Assembly: GCA_965226885.1 (NCBI GenBank)
Contig: CBDDEL010000017.1
Span: 96,001-160,000, forward strand
Length of the DNA stretch: 64,000 nt
Direction: 5' to 3'
From: Opitutales bacterium
Lineage (GTDB): Bacteria > Verrucomicrobiota > Verrucomicrobiia > Opitutales > UBA2987
Shown: piece by piece, positions 1 through 11,193 of the stretch
How positions within the stretch are numbered: the first letter of the stretch is position 1
How the letters are laid out: every line of letters starts with the position of its first letter
Program-made: the position numbers and the translations under genes
The notes under the pieces: model-generated
What the model was told of the DNA's origin: nothing
Databases searched by the model: none
Seen by the model: the letters and a program-made list of their open reading frames with translations, nothing else

Positions 1-1068
1 CTGGCATCCGGCCTTATTATAGGTAACGGGGGAAATATTGAAAACGGCTCCACGGAACCGACCGCCATGGATGAGGGCGAAAGCCCGCTCCAGAGTGTGC
101 GAGTGCGGCGGCAGCGAGCCCAGTCGGTGGTCCGTGAGGTCATCATCCATGGGAAAACGGATGCCGCCCGCAAAGTTGAAATGAAGGCGGAAACGGCCGG
201 GCGCGTCATCCTGGTGGGGTCGGAAAGGGGTGCCTTGGTGGAAAAAGGAGAATTAATCGCCAGAATAGAAATGCGCGATCGTGACAACCGGCTGGCTCAA
301 TCGAAGGCCTTGTTAAAACAGCGGCGGCTCGAATACGAGGCTTCCCGGGAGCTGGCGGAAAAAGGCTACCAGGCAGAGACCAAGGTGGCCGAATCTTTCG
401 CTGCCCTGCTACAGGTTGAAACCATTTCTATCGATATCGAAAAAACTCGCATCGCGGCCCCATTTGAAGGCGTTTTAGGAGAACGTTACATTGAAGAGGG
501 CGATTATTTGAAGGATGGCGATCCGGTGGGGCTCCTCCTGGAACTGGATCCCTTGATTATCAAAGGAAAAGTCACCGAGCGCGAAATCGACGCGTTGAAA
601 ATGGGCATGACGGGCAAGGCTGAATTGGCCTCAGGAGACATTGTGCAGGGTCGCCTTCGTTACATAGCGCCCTATTCAGATGAGGAAAGCCGTACCTATA
701 GCGTTGAAATCGAGGTTTCCAACGCTGGTTCCCGCATACCCGCAGGATTAACCGGCCAGATGTATATCCCGGTGGAAACGATCAAGGCTCACTACCTATC
801 TTCCGCAATGCTGTCCCTCAACGACCAGGGCGTGCTCGGCATCAAAATCGTCGATGAACAGGACACTGTTTTATTTGTCCCATCGAAACTGGTAAAGGCA
901 GATGCCAATGGGGTCTGGCTTTCGGGATTGCCGGATGTTGCCAGGATTATCACCGTCGGCCAGGGTTTTGCCAGAGCCGGGGACCGCGTCCTGACCCAAC
1001 CGGACAAAGAGGAAGTTGTGCCCGTCGATGTTGAAGACCGGAGCCATGTTGGCCAGTTGCAGGAATAG
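1..1068 (+). CDS. RND efflux periplasmic adaptor (MFP) subunit, 5' end outside window
   Basis: Frame open from base 1 through the 67..1068 ORF; 'RIAAPFEGVL' motif; directly upstream of an RND permease. Confidence 0.9.
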   Translation: MASGLIIGNGGNIENGSTEPTAMDEGESPLQSVRVRRQRAQSVVREVIIHGKTDAARKVEMKAETAGRVILVGSERGALVEKGELIARIEMRDRDNRLAQSKALLKQRRLEYEASRELAEKGYQAETKVAESFAALLQVETISIDIEKTRIAAPFEGVLGERYIEEGDYLKDGDPVGLLLELDPLIIKGKVTEREIDALKMGMTGKAELASGDIVQGRLRYIAPYSDEESRTYSVEIEVSNAGSRIPAGLTGQMYIPVETIKAHYLSSAMLSLNDQGVLGIKIVDEQDTVLFVPSKLVKADANGVWLSGLPDVARIITVGQGFARAGDRVLTQPDKEEVVPVDVEDRSHVGQLQE

Positions 1069-1071
1069 CCA

Positions 1072-3974
1072 GTGATTAAAAGCTTTATTACCATTTGCCT
1101 GGCCCACTCCCGAACGGGGCTCATGTTCCTGGCCTTGATTTTGGTTTCGGGAGTTTACTCCTATGTGACCATCCCCAAAGAGGCCAATCCCGATATCACC
1201 GTGCCCTGGATTTATGTGGCCATGGTGCACGAAGGAATATCGCCCGAGGATGGCGAGCGGCTCCTCGTCCGGCCTATGGAAAAGGAGCTGCGCAGCATCG
1301 AAGGAGTCAAGGAAATGACTGCCCTGGCCTCCGAAGGCAGCGCCAGCGTGACCCTTGAGTTCGAGGCTGGTTCCGATCTTGACGAGGCCCTTAACGATGT
1401 GCGTGAAGCAGTCGATTTGGCCAGACCCGAACTTCCCGATGAAACCGAGGAGCCGATTGTTAATGAAATAAACCTGGCCCTGGAACCCGTCATTACGATC
1501 AGCCTTTATGGGGACGTGCCGGAGCGGCAGCTCGTCCGCCTGGCACGGGACCTCAAGGATGAACTGGAGGGAATCGGTGAAATCCTCGAAGTCGATATCG
1601 GGGGGGATCGCGAAGAAGTGGTCGAAATCCTGGTCGATCCCGTGATAATCGACACCTATGACCTCAAGCAGGAGGAACTGTTTGCCACGGCCAGGCGCAA
1701 CAACAAGCTGGTGGCGGCGGGAACCCTCGACTCCGGATCGGGCCGCATACCCATCAAGGTGCCCGGTCTTTTCGAAACGGCCGAAGACGTTCTGGGATTG
1801 CCTGTTAAGGCGGTTGGCGACAGCATAGTGACTCTGCGCGATATCGGAGTGGTGAGGAAATCCTTCAAGGATCCCAATGGGTTTGCCCGCGTAAATGGGC
1901 GCCCGGCGGTTACCCTGGAAGTAAAAAAACGGGTAGGCGAAAACGTAATCGACGCCGTGGACAAGGCCATTGCGCTGGTCGAGGAAGAGCGGCGGAACTG
2001 GCCGGAAGGATTAAAAGTCTCCTACTCCAACGACCAGTCCAAGGACATCAAGGAGATGCTGACGGACCTGCAAAACAATGTAATCAGCGCCATAATATTA
2101 GTCATGATTGTAATCGTGGCGGCGCTCGGGTGGCGTACCGGGCTGCTTGTCGGCATTTCCATTCCGGGGTCTTTCCTGGCCGGGATACTGGTTTTATCAG
2201 CTCTCGGCTTGACGGTTAATATCGTGGTTCTGTTCAGCCTTATCCTGGCCGTGGGTATGCTCGTAGACGGGGCCATTGTGGTGACGGAATTTGCCGACCG
2301 CAAGATGTCCGAAGGAATCCCCCGAACAAGCGCCCATTTGCAGGCCTCCCACCGCATGGCCCTGCCCATCATCGCCTCGACCGTGACTACCCTGGCCGCG
2401 TTCATGGCGCTCCTTTTCTGGCCGGGGATCATGGGCGAATTCATGAAGTATCTGCCCATAACCTTGATCGCCACCTTATCGGCCTCATTATTTATGGCCC
2501 TGATATTTGTTCCAACACTGGGGGGCATTTTTGGCAAACCCGGTCCGGCCAGCCCGGAAACGATGCGCAGCCTGGACGCCGCCGAAGGCGGAAACCTGGA
2601 AGACTTAAGAGGATTCACCGGCTGGTATGTCAATACTTTGCGGCGCATTTTGCGGCGACCATTCATTGTGGTGGTGGTTGCGGTGGTCTCTCTGATTTCC
2701 GTTATTTTCGCCTATGGCAAATTCGGCAAAGGGTTGGAATTTTTCCCCGATGTGGAGCCAACTTTCGCCAGCCTATATGTGCGCATGAGGGGGAACCTCT
2801 CCGTCCGGGAGATCGACGACCTGGTGCGGGAAGTGGAGGAGGAGGTAATACAGGTCGATGGCATCAAAACCGTTTACGCCCGCAGTGGAGCCTCTTTTCG
2901 GGGCGGAGATTTGGCGGACGATGTACACGGCATTCTCCAATTAGAATTCGAAGACTGGAAAAAAAGAAGAAAAGCCAATGAAATTTTAGCCGAAATCAGA
3001 GAAAGGACCAGCTGCCTGGCCGGAATCATCATTACGGAACGAAAAATGGAGGCCGGACCCCCCACCGGCAAAGCCATTCAAATCGAATTCAGCTCTTCCT
3101 ACCCCGAATTACTGGAACCAGCTCTCGTGCAGACCCGCCGCCAACTGGAATCCATGGCCGGACTCATGGATATCGAGGATTCCCGCCCTGTGCCAGGAAT
3201 TGAGTGGCAGATCGCCGTCGATCGGGCCGAGGCCAGGCGTTTCGGGGCGGACATAACCCTGGTCGGAAACGCGATCCAGTTTGTCACCAATGGGCTCAAT
3301 GTGGCTACCTACCGGCCAGACGGAGCCGACGACGAAATCGACATCAATGTGCGTTATCCGAGCAGCAACCGGCATCTGGATCAGATCGAAAGGCTGCGGG
3401 TGGGTACAGCCGCCGGACTGGTCCCGATAAAAAACTTTATCGAGCGCAAGGCCGCGCCCAAAGTGGGTAAAATCGAACGCACCGATTCGCACCGCGTACT
3501 TGAAGTCTCGGCCGAGGTTGAGCCCGGTGTGCTGCCGGATACCAAAGTGCGCGAAATCCGCCAATGGCTGGAAGAGGAAGCCCATTTTCCTGAGGACGTC
3601 AGTTGGACCTTCCGGGGGGAGGATGAGGAGCAAAAGCAATCGCAGGATTTTTTGGTGAAAGCCTTCATGGTGACCCAGTTTAACAGTTTTTACCAGGCCT
3701 TTCTCATCCTCACGGCGGTGGTTTTTTCCACTGTGGGGGTACTTCTCGGACTGCTTATCACGGGGCAGCCTTTTGGAATTGTCATGGCCGGAATCGGGGT
3801 GATTTCCCTAGCCGGCATCGTGGTCAATAACAACATCGTGCTGATCGATACTTTCGATTACCATATTCACAATGGAGCCTCCACTTTCGACGCCGTTTTG
3901 CGAACTGCTTCGCAAAGGCTCCGCCCCGTTTTACTGACAACCGTTACGACCATTCTTGGACTTTTGCCGATTGG
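1072..3974 (+). pseudogene. AcrB/AcrD/AcrF-family RND permease, C-terminally truncated by IS3
   Basis: Motifs 'GMLVDGAIVV', 'GIVVNNNIVL', 'RLRPVLLTT'; homology ends at 'GLLP' where an IS terminal repeat begins (3975); last TM helix missing. Confidence 0.9.
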
Positions 3975-4740
3975 TGATGTGCACTGGAAAAAGTGGACAC
4001 GAGATTCTCCTAAATGGAGAATCGAAGCATGGGAAGAAGACGCTTTAGTATAGAGTTCAAAAATGAGGCAGTTCAACTGATGATACTCGATGGTCTGAGC
4101 GCCACCGAGGTATCGACCAAACTTGGGGTCAACACCAACCAATTGTATAGGTGGAAGAGGCTCTATCTGGACGATCAGCAGGGCGAAGCCACCTCAAAGC
4201 GACAGAGCAGTCCGAAGGAGATGGCGGCCGAGATAGATCGTCTTCGCAAAGAGCTGCGCCGCTCGGAGCGGATCAACCAGATACTAAAAAAAACGGTGGG
4301 CTACTTTGCCAAGGACGAACAATGAAGTACCAGTTTGTCAAAGACAACGAGGGGCGCTTCAAGATCGAGGAAATATGCTCGGCGATGGGGATTTGTCGCA
4401 GTGGCTATTACTGCTGGAGGCACCGAGCGCCCTCGGCCCGGCGGATCGAGGACGAGGGAATCAAGGGGGCGATCCTGAAGGTACACAAAGAGGCCAAGGG
4501 CCGCTATGGGCATCGGCCAATGCACCGCCCCATCTGAAGGATGATGAGGGCATCGATTGCGGCCGTGACCGGGCTCTGCGTCTGATGCGTGAAATGGGAA
4601 TCAAAAGCACCCAGAGTAAACGCTTTAAGCCATTAAAAACCAACAGTAACCATCCCTATGGTTACAGCCCCAATGTGCTTAAAAAGCATGGCCAGCCGAC
4701 CCATATCGACGAGGTCTGGGTGGCGGACACGACCTACCTA
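3975..4740 (+). mobile_element. IS3-family element type A, copy 1 (left part only, orfB frameshifted)
   Basis: Starts TGATGTGCACTGGAAAAAG like the full copy at 4741; orfA 4014..4325; 2 extra C near 4528-4531; ends where copy 2 begins. Confidence 0.92.
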
Positions 4741-4779
4741 TGATGTGCACTGGAAAAAGCGGACACGAGATTCTCCTAA

Positions 4780-5091
4780 ATGGAGAATCGAAGCATGGGA
4801 AGAAGACGCTTTAGTATAGAGTTCAAAAATGAGGCAGTTCAACTGATGATACTCGATGGTCTGAGCGCCACCGAGGTATCGACCAAACTTGGGGTCAACA
4901 CCAACCAATTGTATAGGTGGAAGAGGCTCTATCTGGACGATCAGCAGGGCGAAGCCACCTCAAAGCGACAGAGCAGTCCGAAGGAGATGGCGGCCGAGAT
5001 AGATCGTCTTCGCAAAGAGCTGCGCCGCTCGGAGCGGATCAACCAGATACTAAAAAAAACGGTGGGCTACTTTGCCAAGGACGAACAATGA
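4780..5091 (+). CDS. IS3 transposase OrfA
   Basis: 'RRRFSIEFKNEAV...LYRWKR' HTH; A8 run near the 3' end; ATGA overlap with orfB. Confidence 0.9.
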   Translation: MENRSMGRRRFSIEFKNEAVQLMILDGLSATEVSTKLGVNTNQLYRWKRLYLDDQQGEATSKRQSSPKEMAAEIDRLRKELRRSERINQILKKTVGYFAKDEQ

Positions 5092-6005
5092 AGTACCAGT
5101 TTGTCAAAGACAACGAGGGGCGCTTCAAGATCGAGGAAATATGCTCGGCGATGGGGATTTGTCGCAGTGGCTATTACTGCTGGAGGCACCGAGCGCCCTC
5201 GGCCCGGCGGATCGAGGACGAGGGAATCAAGGGGGCGATCCTGAAGGTACACAAAGAGGCCAAGGGCCGCTATGGGCATCGGCCAATGCACCGCCATCTG
5301 AAGGATGATGAGGGCATCGATTGCGGCCGTGACCGGGCTCTGCGTCTGATGCGTGAAATGGGAATCAAAAGCACCCAGAGTAAACGCTTTAAGCCATTAA
5401 AAACCAACAGTAACCATCCCTATGGTTACAGCCCCAATGTGCTTAAAAAGCATGGCCAGCCGACCCATATCGACGAGGTCTGGGTGGCGGACACGACCTA
5501 CCTACGGACCCTGGCCGGTTGGATGTACTTGGCCACGGTGATGGACCTGTTCAGCCGACGCCTGCTGGGCTGGAGCGTTTCCAACCACAACGACGCGAAG
5601 CTGGTTGGCAAGGCCCTCAAAGCCGCGGCCATGACCCGCGGCACACTGCGCACCGGGATTATTCATCACAGCGATCGGGGCAGCCCCTACGCCAGCGACG
5701 ACTATCAGAGGCTGGTCTCTGAACTAGGCATGAAGCCGAGCATGAGCGCCCAAGGCAACTGCTACGACAACGCGGCCATGGAATCGTTCTACGGCCGCTT
5801 CAAGACCAGCACGATTCGAGGCCGCCACTTTGCCGACGAGCGCGAACTGCGATCAACTGTCTTCGAATACGTGGAAATCTTCTACAACCGATATCGCAAA
5901 CATTCCTCTCTGAGTTACCAAAGCCCAGTCCAATTCGAGGAAAATATTTGCCCCCCATGGGGGGCAACGAGAAAACAAAACCCTTTACCAAAACAAGCCG
6001 CCTGA
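5088..6005 (+). CDS. IS3 transposase OrfB (DDE)
   Basis: 'WVADTTY', 'HHSDRGSPY', 'DNAAMESF' integrase-core motifs. Confidence 0.93.
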   Translation: MKYQFVKDNEGRFKIEEICSAMGICRSGYYCWRHRAPSARRIEDEGIKGAILKVHKEAKGRYGHRPMHRHLKDDEGIDCGRDRALRLMREMGIKSTQSKRFKPLKTNSNHPYGYSPNVLKKHGQPTHIDEVWVADTTYLRTLAGWMYLATVMDLFSRRLLGWSVSNHNDAKLVGKALKAAAMTRGTLRTGIIHHSDRGSPYASDDYQRLVSELGMKPSMSAQGNCYDNAAMESFYGRFKTSTIRGRHFADERELRSTVFEYVEIFYNRYRKHSSLSYQSPVQFEENICPPWGATRKQNPLPKQAA

Positions 6006-6805
6006 CACACTAATCAATAAACAATGAATATAAGAGAATCCCGTGTCCAACAAATCCAGTACACGTCATTCTGCGATCGTTTCAATGAGGGTAAATTTAA
6101 TCTTCAATAGAAGACATTATTAGATAACTAATTGAGAATCAAATAAATAGGAATTAGAGAAATAATTTTGCCGACCCGAAAATGTCGCTTTCAACATTTC
6201 TCAAGAACAGGATACACTTTTCGCCGGAGAGGGTTAAAAAACAAGGTCCAGAAAAAACAAAACGAATTTTCACAAAGTTTTAACAATTAAAGAGATAGAA
6301 AAAAATAGCCCAATTGACCGAAAAACCGAACGAATTCCCTATATTTTTTCGTAAAATAAATTCAAATATTTGATGGCCGACAACACTTTTTCGAGAATCA
6401 GACGATATTAGAGCAAGAACAGGCAGGTAAATCTTGAAACTGTATTTCCACAACCAAAGTGCTAAAGGATTGCGAGCCAGGAGGCTCCTTTCGGCATTTC
6501 CCGCTGTACTTGTGTGTATTTTCCTGTTTCCCGCGATTCTTTTCACTGCTGCGCCTACTCCAAATCCAATCACAGACAACACGGGCGATGACCTAACCTT
6601 TCCAGCCCACGACACCAATGGATCAGATATTAGTTTGACCGATACGGGCGATAATTGGGACGACGGCAATTCCGTTTCCTTTTCTGGCACTGCACTGTAG
6701 TGACCGATGGTGGCCTATGAAGTGGACGGGGTTGTTTGGACAATTTTGACGTGGGATTAAGGTGGAAATCGTGTTCATATTATTTTTTAAAAATATATTT
6801 TGTCC

Positions 6806-7669
6806 TTAGCCAAAGACGGGCACGCAGGTGCCCGCAAGCTGTATTGGCGGGGAGGTTGGTTTTGCTCCGATTGCATGGACTTCGGCCGGGGTCCGGTAGC
6901 CCAGGGCTTGGTGGGGGCGCAGGTGGTTGTAGAAGTCCAGGTAGCGGGCTATCCCTTCGCTGGCTTCCTTTGCCGTGGCGTATTCGCGCAGGTAAATGTC
7001 TTCATACTTGAGGGTTCTCCAAAAGCGTTCAACAAATATGTTGTCCAGGTAGCGGCCACGCCCGTCCATGCTGATGCGCACCCCGGCTTGCCCCAGCACC
7101 GAGGTGAACTCGCTGCCGGTAAACTGGCTGCCTTGATCGGTGTTGAAGATTTGAGGTTGGGCCCGCCTCAGAGCTTCCTCCAGGGCGAGCACACAGAAGC
7201 GGCTCTCCAGGGTGTTGGAAAGCTGCCAGCTCAACACGTAGCGGCTGAACCAGTCCAACACCACGGTCAAGAAAAGGAATCCTCGGCTCAGCCGCAGGTA
7301 AGTGATGTCGCTGCACCATACCTGGTCGGGCCGCTCGACCGCCAAACCCCGCAGCAGATAAGGGAAAATGCGGTGCTGCCGGTGCCCCTGGCTCAAGTTT
7401 CGACGCGGATAAATAGCCTCCAGGCCCATTTGGCGCATGAGCCGCTGGATGCGGCCTCGTCCCACTGCATGGCCCTCTCGACGCAGCCACTGGGTCATCC
7501 GGCGAGAACCAAAAAACGGATATTGGGTGTAGAGCTCATCCATGCGATGCATGTAGAGAACGTTCTGCTCGCACTGGGCACGGGCCCGATAGTAATAGCT
7601 GCCGCGGGCCAGCCCCAGCAACTGACATTGCCTGCCGATACTGATTTTTCCTTGAAGTGGTTGCACCAT
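6806..7669 (-). CDS. IS3 transposase OrfB
   Basis: 'WCSDITY', 'NTDQGSQFT', 'DNIFVERFWRTLKYE'. Confidence 0.93.
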   Translation of the reverse strand: MVQPLQGKISIGRQCQLLGLARGSYYYRARAQCEQNVLYMHRMDELYTQYPFFGSRRMTQWLRREGHAVGRGRIQRLMRQMGLEAIYPRRNLSQGHRQHRIFPYLLRGLAVERPDQVWCSDITYLRLSRGFLFLTVVLDWFSRYVLSWQLSNTLESRFCVLALEEALRRAQPQIFNTDQGSQFTGSEFTSVLGQAGVRISMDGRGRYLDNIFVERFWRTLKYEDIYLREYATAKEASEGIARYLDFYNHLRPHQALGYRTPAEVHAIGAKPTSPPIQLAGTCVPVFG

Positions 7670-7679
7670 CTTGCGCCTC

Positions 7680-7985
7680 TCACCAACCGAATTGTTCAGA
7701 CTTTTTTTTTAGCCAATCGCATTCTACTTTCAGCTTTCCAATCTCCTGGTAAAGGTGATCTTTTTCCGTCTCGTTGTCCTTGCTGAGAGTCTGCCGCTGG
7801 CGCGAAAACAGCTCCGTTGCTCCCTGCAAAAGCTGCTTCTTCCATTGGGTCACCTGGTTGGGATGCACCTCAAAACGACCGGCGATCTCGTTGATGGTAT
7901 GAGCGCCCCTGATGGCTTCCAGGGCCACTCGGGCTTTAAACTCAGCACTGTATTGTCTTCTCTTTCGTGATTTAATAACATTCAT
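7680..7985 (-). CDS. IS3 transposase OrfA
   Basis: 'RRQYSAEFKARVAL...HPNQVTQWKK'; A9G slippery run at 'LKKKS'. Confidence 0.92.
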   Translation of the reverse strand: MNVIKSRKRRQYSAEFKARVALEAIRGAHTINEIAGRFEVHPNQVTQWKKQLLQGATELFSRQRQTLSKDNETEKDHLYQEIGKLKVECDWLKKKSEQFGW

Positions 7986-8910
7986 AGGTTAGCGGATTTA
8001 GTGGTTCAAGACCACCTTATTCCACTGTCCAGTTTTCCCCGTCCATTTCACTATTCACCTTTGACCGGAGGGGAAACCTTACTATTTCCGGTGATTTAGA
8101 GACCGGCAACGGCGGCGATGTCAGCATCACCGATCCCAGTGGAGTAACTTCCACAACAACAATTACCGGCGGAGTGGATACCAACGGCGGGGCTTTTACC
8201 TTCAATCGCACGGGGGATCTCGACATTACAGGCACTCTGACCACAACCTTGGGAATCAATAGTGGAACGGTGACCATCTTGGGCACAGGCGAAACCACTC
8301 TGGGCGTTGTCGATGTGCAGCATGGGACCTTTACTTTGAACCGGGTCGGGGACGCCACCTTCAACGGTACCATAACGTCAAATCAAGGAGACATCAATGT
8401 TACCGGAGGTAATCTTGTATTCGAAGGCAATGTTTCCACCAATTCGGGTAATTTCAATGTCACCAGCTCTGGAGATATCACTTTAAACGGCGATATCAGC
8501 ACAAACACCAACAGCGGCACTGTTACGATAATCGGGACGGGGACCACAACGGTAAACGGCGACATCAACGTAGGGATTAATGGAGAGATTATCCTGCAAG
8601 CTGGAACTTTGATCATCAATCCTAACAGCAATGTGATCGATGGCATCGATATGACTCTCTCCGGGGGTACCTTAAGCACCAGCGATATTGATTTCAACAT
8701 CGATACCCTGACTCTTAGCGACAACTCCTTTATCGATTTGGACACCGGCAACACTAGCAGCACCCTTACGATTGACGATGTGGACTGGAGCGATCCCACA
8801 AAAACGCTCACCATCCTGAACTGGAATTTTCATTCCCCTGACCCCGTATCCACAGGAGACCATGTTATCTTCAATGTAAATCTGGATACGGGAGGGGAGG
8901 GTGTCCTTAG

Positions 8911-10477
8911 CCCGGATATTTCGTAAAAAAAGTATCGTTGATATGCTTAACTGCTGATATACAGCAGGATAGATCAATAATTAAAGCAATATCAGCGATG
9001 ACAAAAGGTAAACAATTAAAGCTACAGTTGACAAGGGTAAAAGGCCGCCGTGTGCGGGTTGATTTCAAGGGCGGAGAGGTTACTTCGGATGCCGGACTGC
9101 TTTTGATCCGGGAAGTGGATCGGCAGTTGGGCTTGACCGAACGAGCGGCCCGACAGTTAGTGGACAAACGGCAGAAGGGCAAAGTACGCCATGAGGTATT
9201 GGGGATGCTGCGGCAGCGCGGTTACGGGCTGGTGGCGGGCTATGAGGATTTGAACGACTTTGATACCCTGCGCCACGATCCATTGTTGCAAACGGTAACG
9301 GGGCGCATTGAAACGTTGGCCAGCGCGCCGACTTTGTGTCGTTTTGAAAACGGGCAGGATCGGCGGGCGGCCTTTGCGGTAAACGAGCTGTTGGTCGAAC
9401 AGTTCATGGGCTCCTTTGCCGAGGAACCCGAAGAGATCATCCTGGACTTTGACGCCACCGACACTCCGGTGCACGGGCTCCAGGAGGGACGTTTTTTCCA
9501 CGGTTATTATGATCATTACTGTTTTCTGCCGCTATATGTTTTCTGCGGTGATCAGCTGCTGGTGGCCTACCTGCGGCCGAGCAAGATCGATGCCAGCAAG
9601 CATGCCGGGGCCATCCTCAAATTGCTGGTTAAACGGATTCGCCAAAGCTGGCCCCGTACGCGGATTATTTGGCGCGCCGACAGTGGATTTTGTCGAGACC
9701 GGATACTCTCTTGGTGCGACCGCAACGAAGTTAGTTACATCGTGGGGATGGCTCGCAATGCACGCTTGCAGCAAGACGCCCAGCAGTTGCAAAAGCAGGC
9801 CAAAGAATGGTTCGAACTAAGGGGTAAAAAACAACGGTTATTCCAGGACTTCGTCTATGCTGCCGATTCGTGGCGATGGCTGCGGTTGGTCATCCATAAA
9901 GCCGAACACACCGCACAGGGGTCCAACCCGCGCTTCGTGGTGACGAACCTGCCGGGCGATCCCCAGGAGCTTTACGACAAGGTATACTGTGGCCGCGGTG
10001 AAATGGAGAACCGAATCAAGGAACAGATGCAATTGTTCAGCGAGCGCACCAGCGCCCATCAATGGTGGGCCAATCAGTGGCGATTGCTCTTGTCGGCGCT
10101 GGCCTACACCTTGATGGAAGCCATGCGCCGGTTAGCCTTAAAAGGGACGAAGTGGGCGCGGGCCCAATGCCACACCCTGCGGCTCAAATTAATCAAGATC
10201 GGAGCGGTCATCGTGCGCAACACCCGAACGATTCACTTTCACCTAAGTGAGAGTTATCCTTGGGCCAGTCTTTTCAACCATGCGCCCCGCCGATTGGTGC
10301 CAACCTAAAGGGTGCATTGGTGCTGCCCCCGGCACTACCGAACCAATGGGGGAAAGGGGGCAGTGTCTCTACACCCTGAAAAACACCTAAAAATCAAGAC
10401 GATCTGCTCAAAATACAAAGAAATCCATCTCCAATAGCAATAACGAGCCAAACTTTACCCTTCATGAAATATCCGGG
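8911..10477 (+). mobile_element. IS1380-family element (1567 bp), 4-bp TSD TTAG
   Basis: IRs CCCGGATATTTC / GAAATATCCGGG; TTAG at 8907-8910 and 10478-10481. Confidence 0.95.
8998..10308 (+). CDS. IS1380-family transposase
   Basis: 'VTSDAGLLL', 'LDFDATD..HGLQE', 'RADSGF', 'RGEMENRIKE'. Confidence 0.93.
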   Translation: MTKGKQLKLQLTRVKGRRVRVDFKGGEVTSDAGLLLIREVDRQLGLTERAARQLVDKRQKGKVRHEVLGMLRQRGYGLVAGYEDLNDFDTLRHDPLLQTVTGRIETLASAPTLCRFENGQDRRAAFAVNELLVEQFMGSFAEEPEEIILDFDATDTPVHGLQEGRFFHGYYDHYCFLPLYVFCGDQLLVAYLRPSKIDASKHAGAILKLLVKRIRQSWPRTRIIWRADSGFCRDRILSWCDRNEVSYIVGMARNARLQQDAQQLQKQAKEWFELRGKKQRLFQDFVYAADSWRWLRLVIHKAEHTAQGSNPRFVVTNLPGDPQELYDKVYCGRGEMENRIKEQMQLFSERTSAHQWWANQWRLLLSALAYTLMEAMRRLALKGTKWARAQCHTLRLKLIKIGAVIVRNTRTIHFHLSESYPWASLFNHAPRRLVPT

Positions 10478-10731
10478 TTAGCCAGCTTATCTTTCAGGAC
10501 CCTGTTGGGTTTGATCCTGGACTCTATTCGGCGGTTTTGAAGTCGGGAACCGAATTTGAATACATTCCTGGCGTTGTCGTGCCGGAAGCCTCAACCGTTT
10601 TTTCCATCAGCTTGCTGGTTCTGGCAGCGGGCGGCGATTTTTACCGCCGAAGGAAACTAGTCATAAAAACCTGAGTCTACGAATCATTCATTCGTCTTCT
10701 TAATGTTATAGAAATTAAGGAAGGCAAGGAC

Positions 10732-11193
10732 TCATGTATTTGGCTTATTCTCTTTATTATCCGTTATGGATTCAAAAAAGAGATAGGCGCTGATTGCGAC
10801 CAGTGCCAGGTTCCTGAAAAATGCGAACTGCACGGTGCCGAAAATGGTATTTTTTTCCATAGCGGTGCCGAAACATCCGCAATCAATTTCAAGACCCCGC
10901 ACCCAGGCTTGCCCCGTCGCAATAAGAAAAACCGCCATCAACATGAGGATGACCCCTAGGGTGGATTCCGGCCAGAAACCCGTCAGCAAGGAAAGTCCAC
11001 AGACCAGTTCGAGCCAAGGCAATGTGACGGCTGCGAAACGCAGAAAAAATTCAGGCAGGGGGAGCCGGTAATCGAAGAGATTGACCAAAAAATTCTGCGG
11101 ATCGACCATTTTCCCCAAAGCGGCCCAGATGAAGACAATGCCAAGCAGCCACCGTAACCCAAGCGTTATGGCGTATTTACCGGGCAGGTTCAT
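10732..11193 (-). CDS. MauE/DoxX-family membrane protein
   Basis: 'LPWLELVCG', 'IDCGCFG' motif, several TM segments. Confidence 0.85.
   Translation of the reverse strand: MNLPGKYAITLGLRWLLGIVFIWAALGKMVDPQNFLVNLFDYRLPLPEFFLRFAAVTLPWLELVCGLSLLTGFWPESTLGVILMLMAVFLIATGQAWVRGLEIDCGCFGTAMEKNTIFGTVQFAFFRNLALVAISAYLFFESITDNKENKPNT

Larger units (their letters stand above)
4741..6068 (+). mobile_element. IS3-family element type A, copy 2 (complete, 1328 bp)
   Basis: Imperfect IRs TGATGTGCACTGGAAAAAGCGGACAC / GTGTCCAACAAATCCAGTACACGTCA; orfA plus orfB. Confidence 0.95.
6718..8050 (-). mobile_element. IS3-family element type B (1333 bp), 3-bp TSD CTA
   Basis: IRs TGAAGTGGACGGGG / CCCCGTCCATTTCA; CTA at 6715-6717 and 8051-8053. 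Confidence 0.95.
6434..10674 (+). pseudogene. Secreted Gly/Thr/Asn-rich beta-strand-repeat protein with PEP-CTERM-type sorting signal, broken by a 5-bp duplication and two IS insertions
   Basis: Signal peptide in 6434..6700; middle part 8054..8910; C-terminus 10482..10674 reads 'VPEASTVFSISLLVLAAGGDFYRRRK'; removing the lesions restores one frame of about 442 aa. Confidence 0.85.

Noticed and set aside
4917..5087. N-terminal extension of IS3 OrfB in the ORF track
   Set aside because: It overlaps orfA. OrfB more plausibly starts at the ATGA overlap (5088) or is reached by frameshifting.
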